A model generated the notes under the pieces. It was not told the origin of the DNA and made no database searches. It saw only the letters and a list, made by a program, of their open reading frames with translations. From the NCBI GenBank assembly GCA_030614005.1, contig JAUWKS010000080.1:1-13497 (forward strand): a stretch of DNA of 13,497 nucleotides, read 5' to 3'. Source of the stretch: Candidatus Heimdallarchaeota archaeon. Its GTDB lineage: Archaea > Asgardarchaeota > Heimdallarchaeia > JABLTI01. This document shows, piece after piece, positions 6,503-13,497 of the stretch. The position numbers and the translations under genes were made by a program. How positions within the stretch are numbered: the first letter of the stretch is position 1; every line of letters starts with the position of its first letter.

Positions 6503-7012
6503 ATGGAATGGACAAACTATGTTCAAAAGAAACGGATCGAAAAAAAGTTATCAGTTGAGCTCACACCGATAACTGTTCGATCCAAATCTCTTTTCCAGAA
6601 ATATATGAAAAATAATCGCTTTAAAGAATGGTCTGAAATTAAAGAACAATTATTTCAGAGAGAAGGTCCAATTTGCTGGATATGTGGAAAAGAAAGCTTA
6701 AATCTACATATTCACGAATTCTGGGATTATGATGACGAAGATCACATGATATCCTTAAGAGAAATTCATCACCTTTGTGATATGTGTCATAAAATAAAGC
6801 GAACAGATTTGTGGTTTTTAACTGACTACGGCAAAGAACAACTAAAAACTTTAGGCCTTTGCCAGGAAGATCTAATCAACCATTTCTGTAAAGTAAATAA
6901 CTGTTCTCTCAAAGAATTTGCCAAGCAATGGAACTCAGCTATTAAAACTTGGAAAAAGAGAAGTCAATATAATTGGCAACAAGATTTTGGTGAATATCAA
7001 CTCAAATTTTAA
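6503..7012 (+). CDS. HNH-family (beta-beta-alpha) Zn-finger nuclease-like protein
   Basis: CWICG...HIHEFWDYDD...LCDMCHKIK: two CxxC pairs flanking a His-Glu core. HFCKVN and W..RSQYNW follow the pattern of a widespread small HNH family (recognised from memory, not searched). Confidence 0.72.
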   Translation: MEWTNYVQKKRIEKKLSVELTPITVRSKSLFQKYMKNNRFKEWSEIKEQLFQREGPICWICGKESLNLHIHEFWDYDDEDHMISLREIHHLCDMCHKIKRTDLWFLTDYGKEQLKTLGLCQEDLINHFCKVNNCSLKEFAKQWNSAIKTWKKRSQYNWQQDFGEYQLKF

Positions 7013-7073
7013 GCAACAGAAATCATATTCTAAAGCATTTGTTAATAATTAGTTTTACGTGCGGAAAGGAGTT

Positions 7074-7099
7074 TGTTAGGAATACCTAACATTTAAATA
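7074..7099 (+). promoter_or_regulatory. 18-bp palindrome abutting a TATA box upstream of the methyltransferase
   Basis: TGTTAGG-AATA-CCTAACA (7074-7091) immediately followed by TTTAAATA (7092-7099). Confidence 0.45.
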
Positions 7100-7147
7100 T
7101 TGTTTTGGACAACAAAATCGTGTACATATTTACAGAGGAAAGAAAGA

Positions 7148-7690
7148 ATGAGAGAAAAAAGAAAAGATAAACCAATGGCAGGAACAGGATTTAGATTCAT
7201 GGCATTTATGTTCAAATTTCGAGACATGGTAAATCCTCCGGAAAAATACTTGAAAGAGACTACAATGAAAGAGGGAGATAAAATCCTTGATTATGGTTGT
7301 GGACCAGGCAGTTTCGTATTTCCAGCGGCAGAGATCGTAGGTGAAAATGGTAAAGTATACGCTACGGATTTGCATCCCCTTGCAATTAATATGATTGCTA
7401 AAAAAGCAAACAAAAAAGAGATTACAAATATAGAAACCATACAAACAAATTGTGCTACAGGGTTGGCTTCAAATAGCATTGATATTGTATTAATGTATGA
7501 TGTGATTCACATGTTAAAAGAACCTAAGGAAATCTTTGCAGAAATAGATCGTGTTATGAAACCAGAAGGCATTCTCTCTGTCACCAACCCACATATGAGA
7601 GAAAGAGATGTCATAACAAAAATTGTAGAGAATAGTGATTTCAAATTGGTTAAGCAAGGTGAAAAAACTTTTAGCTTTCAAAAAAAATAA
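7148..7690 (+). CDS. Class I SAM-dependent methyltransferase (Methyltransf_11/31 type), substrate unknown
   Basis: Motif I ILDYGCGPGS, VYATDLHP, SIDIVLMYDVIH, RVMKPEGIL. ATG 7148 is preferred over TTG 7100, which abuts the TATA box; ATG 7175 is also possible. Confidence 0.88.
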   Translation: MREKRKDKPMAGTGFRFMAFMFKFRDMVNPPEKYLKETTMKEGDKILDYGCGPGSFVFPAAEIVGENGKVYATDLHPLAINMIAKKANKKEITNIETIQTNCATGLASNSIDIVLMYDVIHMLKEPKEIFAEIDRVMKPEGILSVTNPHMRERDVITKIVENSDFKLVKQGEKTFSFQKK

Positions 7691-7743
7691 GAGAATATAT
7701 TAGATAAGCAATATTGAAAAAAGAAAATAATTTGGTGAAGAAA

Positions 7744-9363
7744 CTAAATGCTTCTTAGAGTCTTACCAGGTAAATTATTTTGGTGTTCACCCTTTTCAAT
7801 TACTACTTCTCCATTAACTAGCACGTATTCTATTCCAATGGATAATTGATGTGGATTTGTGAAAGTTGCTTTATCAATAATTGTTTCAGAATCAAAAACA
7901 ACTATGTCAGCCCACATGTTCTCTTTCAATAATCCACGATCGGTTATACCCAATCTTTGAGCAGAGAAAGAAGTCATTTTACGTATTGCTGTCTCTAAAA
8001 GCATTATCTTTTTCTCTCGAACAAAATGTCCAAGTACTCGAGGAAATGTGCCAAAATAACGAGGATGAGGTTTGCCATAGCTTAATGGTCCAGTAAGTGG
8101 AATTGAAGAACCATCTGACCCGATCATTGTATAGCGTCCTTTCATAATTCGTTGAATATCTTCTTCACTCATGCTTTCAACAGTCATACCACCCTTAGCT
8201 TCTTCAGCGATTAGTATATCGCACAGAACTTCAAACGGATCTTCTTCACCAACTTCTTTAGTTATTTCAGTTAGTGATTTACCCATGAATTTGGCCCATT
8301 TGTCCGTTTCAAGGGAAGAAATGTAAACACAATCCCAACCAGAATTTTTAATGAAACTCTCATAGGTAGATCCTTCGTAAAGATCTTTCTTGATTTTCTC
8401 TTTTACTTTAGAATCTTTTAAGCGTTCAACAAGCTTCTCTAACCCACCTTCATGGGTCCAGGGAGGGAGGAGAGTGATCAAAGAGGTTGCTCCTCGATTG
8501 TAAGGATATTGATCACAAGTAATACTAATTCCACGTTGATTTGTTTCTTCAATTAATCTGAGTGTTTCCTTACTTAGACCCCAATTTGCTTTACCAGAGA
8601 CTTTATGATGAGCTATATGGCCACCCCGGCAACCAGATTTTTCGACAATGTCAATCACTTCTTGAATTGCTTCTATCACTAAATTGCCTTCGTTTCTTAT
8701 ATGACTGAAATATAATCCATTATGTTTCGCAACTTCTTTTGCTAATTCGAGAACTTCTTCCGTGTCAGCATACGCTTGTGGTGTGTAAATTAATCCTGTT
8801 GAAATACCAAAGGCACCAGCAACCATCGCATCTCGAATAGAATCCTTCATTTGTCGAAGCTCATCCTTGGTGGGTTTGCGATCGGCATAACCCATAGCAG
8901 CTAAACGAACCATTCCAAAACCAATGAAAAAAGCGACATTGGAGGAACAACCAAGCTTTTCCATAGCATCAAGGTACTCACTAAAAGAAGACCAAGTAAT
9001 GTTATATGCCAAACCAGGAGGAGCAGACATTGAAAACTCTTTGTCAAATAGCTCCTTTCTCTCAGGATTTACAGGAGCTAAGGATGCTCCACACATGCCA
9101 ACAACTAAGGTCGTTATACCTTGATGGATAGTAGAAAAGACCAGAGGATCAAAAGGAATAGTATAATCAGCATGGGAATGGATGTCAATGAAGCCAGGAC
9201 AAACAATCAAATCCGTAGCATCCAGCACCTTTGTTTTTGCTGATGGTTCGATTAAACCAATTTTTGTTATTTTGCCATTAGTAATACCAATATCAGCTTT
9301 AAACCAAGGATTACCAGAACCATCAATAACTCGTCCGTTTTGTATTACAATATCGAATTCCAT
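7744..9363 (-). CDS. N-acyl-D-amino-acid deacylase (D-aminoacylase, amidohydrolase superfamily)
   Basis: GRVIDGSG, CPGFIDIHSH (HxH), GITTLVVGMCG (Cys ligand), SHIRNE, HHK, IGSDG, PHPRYFGTFPRVLG, WADIVVFD. SD GAGGT upstream. Confidence 0.92.
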   Translation of the reverse strand: MEFDIVIQNGRVIDGSGNPWFKADIGITNGKITKIGLIEPSAKTKVLDATDLIVCPGFIDIHSHADYTIPFDPLVFSTIHQGITTLVVGMCGASLAPVNPERKELFDKEFSMSAPPGLAYNITWSSFSEYLDAMEKLGCSSNVAFFIGFGMVRLAAMGYADRKPTKDELRQMKDSIRDAMVAGAFGISTGLIYTPQAYADTEEVLELAKEVAKHNGLYFSHIRNEGNLVIEAIQEVIDIVEKSGCRGGHIAHHKVSGKANWGLSKETLRLIEETNQRGISITCDQYPYNRGATSLITLLPPWTHEGGLEKLVERLKDSKVKEKIKKDLYEGSTYESFIKNSGWDCVYISSLETDKWAKFMGKSLTEITKEVGEEDPFEVLCDILIAEEAKGGMTVESMSEEDIQRIMKGRYTMIGSDGSSIPLTGPLSYGKPHPRYFGTFPRVLGHFVREKKIMLLETAIRKMTSFSAQRLGITDRGLLKENMWADIVVFDSETIIDKATFTNPHQLSIGIEYVLVNGEVVIEKGEHQNNLPGKTLRSI

Positions 9364-9387
9364 TATATATACCTCAATTGATTTTTT

Positions 9388-9882
9388 TTATTTTGCTCCA
9401 TAATAAGTGAACATTGTTACATTGGCATTCGCTGCTTTCAAATATGACCAAAGAACACCCTTATGGAGAGCAAGGTGAGATGTCAACTTAGGAAGAAAAT
9501 GACTCCAAGATCGAAGGGATGAATCAGGTTCATAAAATGGACGCAAAGTCTCCTTGAGTAGATCTTCATCGGTTAACTTCTCAAAATACTTACGAAGATA
9601 AACACAGCAATCATCAAATACATTCAAAGCATCGCCAATATTTTCCTTGTCTAGTTGTAACTCAAGTTTATGCGTTTCTTCACCGGAGGGAAATTTACCG
9701 GAATAAATATCGACATCTATACGAGGTATTTGAGCTATATGATTAACTAACTCGAGTAAAGTTCGACTATCTTCCGTTAAGCGAAAATCAAGAGAAACCT
9801 CCTTCGCTTTTTCCATAACAACTCTTACTTCTTTGATTTCATCTTCATAGAATGCTAACAAAATGTCCTTAATGATTCGCAT
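9388..9882 (-). CDS. DinB/YfiT-like four-helix-bundle protein
   Basis: DFRLTEDSRTLLELVNHIA and HLALHKGVLWSYLK match the DinB His...HxxxH triad layout. Confidence 0.75.
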   Translation of the reverse strand: MRIIKDILLAFYEDEIKEVRVVMEKAKEVSLDFRLTEDSRTLLELVNHIAQIPRIDVDIYSGKFPSGEETHKLELQLDKENIGDALNVFDDCCVYLRKYFEKLTDEDLLKETLRPFYEPDSSLRSWSHFLPKLTSHLALHKGVLWSYLKAANANVTMFTYYGAK

Positions 9883-10077
9883 AAGAAATAGTAGTTTTTT
9901 GAAATAAAATGTTTTTCCAGTAAAGAAGAGAGTAATTGATAGCTTTTTCGAACCTTTAAGCTTCTACTCATTTTTGATGATCAATTTTAACTTCTAACTT
10001 CAATCTACTGTTGTTTGCAAAAAAATTAAATATTCATCGGTTAATTGGTTATTAATCGTTCTTGGGAGAGCGTTAAG

Positions 10078-11334
10078 ATGAGTTTAAATGACCAACAACA
10101 TAAATTTGGAAAGTTAAGTTTAACAGGAATAATACTGAGCTTAGTGGGTTCAATCATAACTTTGATTGGATTATTCATACCAATTCGGAATTACATTAAC
10201 GAACCAGATAGACCAGGATTATCTTTGGCTTTATATAGCTTCAATATTAATGGGGAATATTACTTCGGGTTTAATATGATTGCCCTGCCTATTCTCGTGT
10301 TAATTATAGCGATAATAATATTGACAGTTTTTCGACTTAAAGGAGCAAAAAGTAACTCAAATTTAGTAATACGCGATGAAAGACCAGTTATGTTCGGAAT
10401 TTTTACCTTTCTCTTTGCACCAATAATTGTTCCTATATATTACACATCAAGCTTCTATTACATCATAGATTTTTGTACATATAGTGCAAGTTACATTGCC
10501 TACTCAAAAATCAATCCAGCATACACACAATATGGAATAGGTGCAGGTTTTTTCTTTGTAATACCTGGTATAATCTTACTAATGATTGCTTTCTTCATTT
10601 TAACACTAGCTTACTTTTGGAGGAAAAGAAGCGACACTATTCAGAGAATTGAACAAACAGTGACAACAAATTTCGAAGAAGGGAAGACTACTAAATTTGC
10701 AAGGAAAGGATTAGCAGCTGTAACAATAGTAGCCAGTTTAGGACTCATATTAGCTATTAGTACACCAATATTTAGAGATGTTTACAGAACAACACCACCA
10801 GCCCCAACAGATGTTCCAGAGAGAAATTTTCTATTACCCTATAGATATTATAGTGGAAGTTATCAAGTTTACATGGATTTCACTGTTCTATGTTTAATAG
10901 TCATTCTGACATTTGTTATGGCAGCAGCAATCTTGCTGTTAATAGGGACATTAACCAAAAATAAAATACCCACCAGCATTGCTCCATTACTCATTATGGT
11001 TCTAATTCCAATTGCAATTCCATGGTGGGCTCCATATTCTGGGGGTAGGAGTATATGGCAATCATCATTCTTGGAGCTATTGTGGATTTACGATGATTTC
11101 TATTATCATGCTCGTAATTTTGCATTACATTATAGATTAGGTAACATTGATAATTTTAGAGCATTATCAGTAACAACATGGTTTGGTATTCTAGGACTTG
11201 GAGCATTTTATGTTATAACCCCAGTAGCAATAGGTCTAAGCCTTTGGGACAGAAAGAAAATGAATGTTTTAATACAAGCTGAAAGAGAATACTTAGCAAT
11301 TGCAGCAACAACAGCAAAAACCGAAGAATCTTGA
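10078..11334 (+). CDS. Polytopic membrane protein, about 8 TM in two 4-TM modules, function unknown
   Basis: Eight hydrophobic segments with a polar, basic linker (RKRSDTIQRIEQ...KFARK) between TM4 and TM5. ATG 10078 is preferred over the ORF-track start at 10045. Confidence 0.75.
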   Translation: MSLNDQQHKFGKLSLTGIILSLVGSIITLIGLFIPIRNYINEPDRPGLSLALYSFNINGEYYFGFNMIALPILVLIIAIIILTVFRLKGAKSNSNLVIRDERPVMFGIFTFLFAPIIVPIYYTSSFYYIIDFCTYSASYIAYSKINPAYTQYGIGAGFFFVIPGIILLMIAFFILTLAYFWRKRSDTIQRIEQTVTTNFEEGKTTKFARKGLAAVTIVASLGLILAISTPIFRDVYRTTPPAPTDVPERNFLLPYRYYSGSYQVYMDFTVLCLIVILTFVMAAAILLLIGTLTKNKIPTSIAPLLIMVLIPIAIPWWAPYSGGRSIWQSSFLELLWIYDDFYYHARNFALHYRLGNIDNFRALSVTTWFGILGLGAFYVITPVAIGLSLWDRKKMNVLIQAEREYLAIAATTAKTEES

Positions 11335-11359
11335 GGTGGATCAACCACTTAAATTTTTT
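11334..11359 (+). terminator. Putative terminator after the membrane protein gene
   Basis: AGGTGG (11334-11339) / CCACTT (11345-11350), 6 bp with one G.U, then AAA and T6 (11354-11359). Confidence 0.4.
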
Positions 11360-11446
11360 CTATAATAAATTCTTTATTACCTCTTTTCGCTAATAATCTA
11401 TATTCTCGAATCTTTAAGATGGGAATTATTTTGATTAACGTTATCT

Positions 11447-11827
11447 TTACTTTCTTCTTTCCTTATTCTTTGAGGATGTTCTAGAATGATCATAACCGTA
11501 TGTAGTAAGACTTCTATCTCGAGGAGTGCTATGAGTTCCAGTATAGATCTCTCGCTCTGCTAGAATCTTTCCGATTCGCTTCAATTCTTCAGTAAATTCG
11601 GATTTTGTGATATCGAACCAAACATAGGTTCCTTCTACCTTAGTCACTTTCTCAGCTATGATGGGAACAACAACAGACTTTTGCAAGAATTTCCGCACAA
11701 CGATCATTGCATATGGAACAGTCTTTTTTATGGTTTTTCCAGGTAAATTTTCTATTCTATTGACTCTCCCTAATTTCTTGTTTTCTTTATCAGCAGCAAT
11801 TTTCCCTATCAATTGTGAGTAATCCAT
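11447..11827 (-). CDS. PRC-barrel domain protein with polar/basic C-terminal tail
   Basis: N-terminal QLIGKIAADKENKKLGRVNRIE matches the PRC pattern LxGKxVxxxxGxxLGxVxxI. VVVPIIAEKVTKVEGTYVWFD fits the last strands. Confidence 0.7.
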   Translation of the reverse strand: MDYSQLIGKIAADKENKKLGRVNRIENLPGKTIKKTVPYAMIVVRKFLQKSVVVPIIAEKVTKVEGTYVWFDITKSEFTEELKRIGKILAEREIYTGTHSTPRDRSLTTYGYDHSRTSSKNKERRK

Positions 11828-12004
11828 TCTTATCCAAGAACAAGGGGCAATTTGATTATTATACTTTCACATTAAAAGAAAAAGCGAGAAAAATGAAAAA
11901 AATAGTAGTAAATATTCTCAGATAATTTCGGAGAAAGTGTTACGAGAGAGAAAAAGAATTAAAAAAAATAACTCAAACAATTAATATAACAATATAGAGC
12001 TAGT

Positions 12005-12601
12005 ATGTTTATGGTTAATTTTAAAACGTTTAATAAGAAAAGTTATACTCTTCGTCTTTTCTTGAAAGACATAAAACAGCTTATCAGAAATATGCCCCAT
12101 ATGAAAAGCGCTTTTGTATATGAGAGAATCAGTAAACAATTTGCTGAACGAATAATGTTAGCCGTAACAGCTGTTAATGATTGCGAATACTGTATTTACG
12201 GTCATTCAGGATCATCACTAAAAAGTGGAGTAGATGATGAAGAAGTAATATCGATAATGAATTTAGAATACAATAAAAGCTCATTAGATGAAATTGTAGC
12301 TCTTAATTTTGCAAAGCATTACGCAGAAGCAAACAGTGCACCAACAAAAAAAGCATATGAAGAATTAGTAAATTATTATGGTTCCGAAAAGGTTAACGAT
12401 ATTTTAATTTTCATTCAAATTGTTTCATTAGGAAACTTTTTGGGCAATACTGTGGAAGCATTTGAAGCAAGAAGAAATGGATTTGTTATTGAAAATGGTT
12501 CTAATTTCTTCGAAACACTTGCCTATCTTGTAAGTGGCCGTTATTATAAACAAATGAAAAATACTGGAAGGAAAATTATCGGGAACAGATTTCATTTCTA
12601 G
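12005..12601 (+). CDS. Carboxymuconolactone decarboxylase / AhpD-family protein
   Basis: ERIMLAVTAVNDCEYCIYGH (E-x-CxxC-xxx-H core), GVDDEEV, ALNFAKHYAE. Confidence 0.85.
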   Translation: MFMVNFKTFNKKSYTLRLFLKDIKQLIRNMPHMKSAFVYERISKQFAERIMLAVTAVNDCEYCIYGHSGSSLKSGVDDEEVISIMNLEYNKSSLDEIVALNFAKHYAEANSAPTKKAYEELVNYYGSEKVNDILIFIQIVSLGNFLGNTVEAFEARRNGFVIENGSNFFETLAYLVSGRYYKQMKNTGRKIIGNRFHF

Positions 12602-12694
12602 AATAATTTCTTGCAAGCTAAGCTTCTACTCATTTATGATGAACGTTATCTTTGCTTTTACCTTTCTTTACTCATTGAGTTTTATACAGAAGGA

Positions 12695-13294
12695 TCAATC
12701 ATTCTTCTTGTTGGAATTCCTTTTAGTAATAAACACCAGAGTCATTGTTGAAAGGAGAAATGCCCCACTGATGAATAGAAAGTCTATTCCGATGAATCCT
12801 TCTGGTCTTGCTGAAAAAAGAACCTCATACCACCATTGAATTGTAGCATTAGAATTATTGAGTGTACACCAACAAAAGTAAACTACTGAACTTACAGCTC
12901 TACCTGAAAGAGTGTAAGACTCTGCAAACGATTCTCCGGGAGCAAGAGTAAAATTTGCAAGTATAGGGGAATAGTGCTCAATTGCAGCTTCTTCACAGAA
13001 TATCTCAACGCTTGAATTCGAGTGAAGTAGAACAGTGATATTTATTTGAATAATCGAGTTACGGTAATATAAGCCAGTAGCAATTTGACCCATTTCATTG
13101 TCCACGAATAATTCCTCAGATGTCTTTTCTGTAATAGTTAAACCAGCAGAGCTTGAGGTAGTAGCAGAACAAGAATGAATAGTATTAGTAATGCTAAAGA
13201 TGAATAAAACTACCAAGTAGATAGCCAACATTGAGGTTATTTTCGCATCTCGCTTATTTCGAAATCTCTTGCTCACTATTTCCTTCTTATTCAT
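12695..13294 (-). CDS. Predicted surface glycoprotein: N-terminal signal/TM, extracellular beta-rich domain, C-terminal TM anchor
   Basis: Basic N-region plus hydrophobic MLAIYLVVLFIFSI; five N-x-S/T sequons (NIT, NSS, NFT, NNS, NAT); C-terminal FLFISGAFLLSTMTLVFI followed by TKRNSNKK. SD AGGAG upstream. Confidence 0.78.
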   Translation of the reverse strand: MNKKEIVSKRFRNKRDAKITSMLAIYLVVLFIFSITNTIHSCSATTSSSAGLTITEKTSEELFVDNEMGQIATGLYYRNSIIQINITVLLHSNSSVEIFCEEAAIEHYSPILANFTLAPGESFAESYTLSGRAVSSVVYFCWCTLNNSNATIQWWYEVLFSARPEGFIGIDFLFISGAFLLSTMTLVFITKRNSNKKND

Positions 13295-13497
13295 GTTTGT
13301 TTTTCTCCTAACACTTTGCTTTTAGAGCGGATAACTACTCCCAATGATAGGAGGAATAACGTCCCACTTACAACAATATAACCAGCAGCAGGTGTTTTAC
13401 CCGTTACAAGTAATTCATACCACCAGTGAACAGTAGCATTAGTCCCTCCGATTACTACATGAGCGTCGAAACCAAAAGATAGTGTGGGTTGATTAAT
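13291..13497 (-). CDS. 3' end of a paralogous membrane-anchored surface protein (partial; absent from the ORF track)
   Basis: Manual translation from 13497 gives 68 aa plus stop: INQPTLSFGFDAHVVIGGTNATVHWWYELLVTGKTPAAGYIVVSGTLFLLSLGVVIRSKSKVLGEKQT*. It shares NAT(V/I)xWWYE(L/V)L and a TM anchor with 12695..13294. TGA 13293-13291 overlaps ATG 13294-13292. Confidence 0.85.
   Translation of the reverse strand: MNQPTLSFGFDAHVVIGGTNATVHWWYELLVTGKTPAAGYIVVSGTLFLLSLGVVIRSKSKVLGEKQT

Noticed and set aside
6332-6526. 64-aa antisense ORF
   Set aside because: Overlaps both the REC and HNH genes on the opposite strand; no motif.
7130-7479. Two antisense ORFs (104 aa and 62 aa)
   Set aside because: Shadows of the methyltransferase; the hydrophobicity reflects antisense Lys/Glu codons.
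7881-9403. Three short + strand ORFs (7881..8096, 8924..9124, 9182..9403)
   Set aside because: Antisense to the well-supported D-aminoacylase.
11332-11352. TGA stop followed by a hairpin as possible Sec readthrough
   Set aside because: Readthrough adds only five residues before TAA, there is no redox motif, and the hairpin lacks SECIS features.
12428-12839. ORFs 12428..12616 (-) and 12636..12839 (+)
   Set aside because: Antisense overlaps with the AhpD-like and surface-protein genes; no independent support.
1-13497. CRISPR array, rRNA, tRNA, transposase, intein or frameshifted pseudogene
   Set aside because: No regularly spaced repeats or recognisable signatures; all major ORFs look full length with intact motifs.

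Overview
Low-GC archaeal chromosomal segment (about 33-36% GC by spot counts). An Asgard/Heimdallarchaeia-like source is inferred from gene content, not proven. It holds 14 complete CDSs and one partial CDS missing from the ORF track. Left to right: a divergent Cdc6/Orc1 paralogue, thioredoxin reductase (trxB), the methanofuran enzyme mfnB, a COG2517-type tRNA-binding protein, RadA with a ~100-aa Lys/Glu-rich N-terminal extension, an orphan single-domain response regulator, an HNH-family Zn-finger protein, a class I SAM methyltransferase, an N-acyl-D-amino-acid deacylase, a DinB-family protein, an 8-TM membrane protein built from two 4-TM modules, a PRC-barrel protein, an AhpD/CMD-family protein, and two tandem paralogous membrane-anchored surface proteins (the second cut by the window edge). 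The first ~140 nt are a GC-rich (54% over 1-120), highly structured island that looks like part of a non-coding RNA. It can be read as a SECIS-like kink-turn on the + strand or an SRP Alu-like fold on the - strand, and I cannot resolve which. Several genes end in hairpin plus T-tract terminators, and CTCGAG looks over-represented. No CRISPR array, rRNA, tRNA or intact transposase was seen. No clear new multi-gene system is demonstrable. The best leads are the left-edge RNA, the extended RadA, the altered Cdc6 and the membrane/surface proteins.
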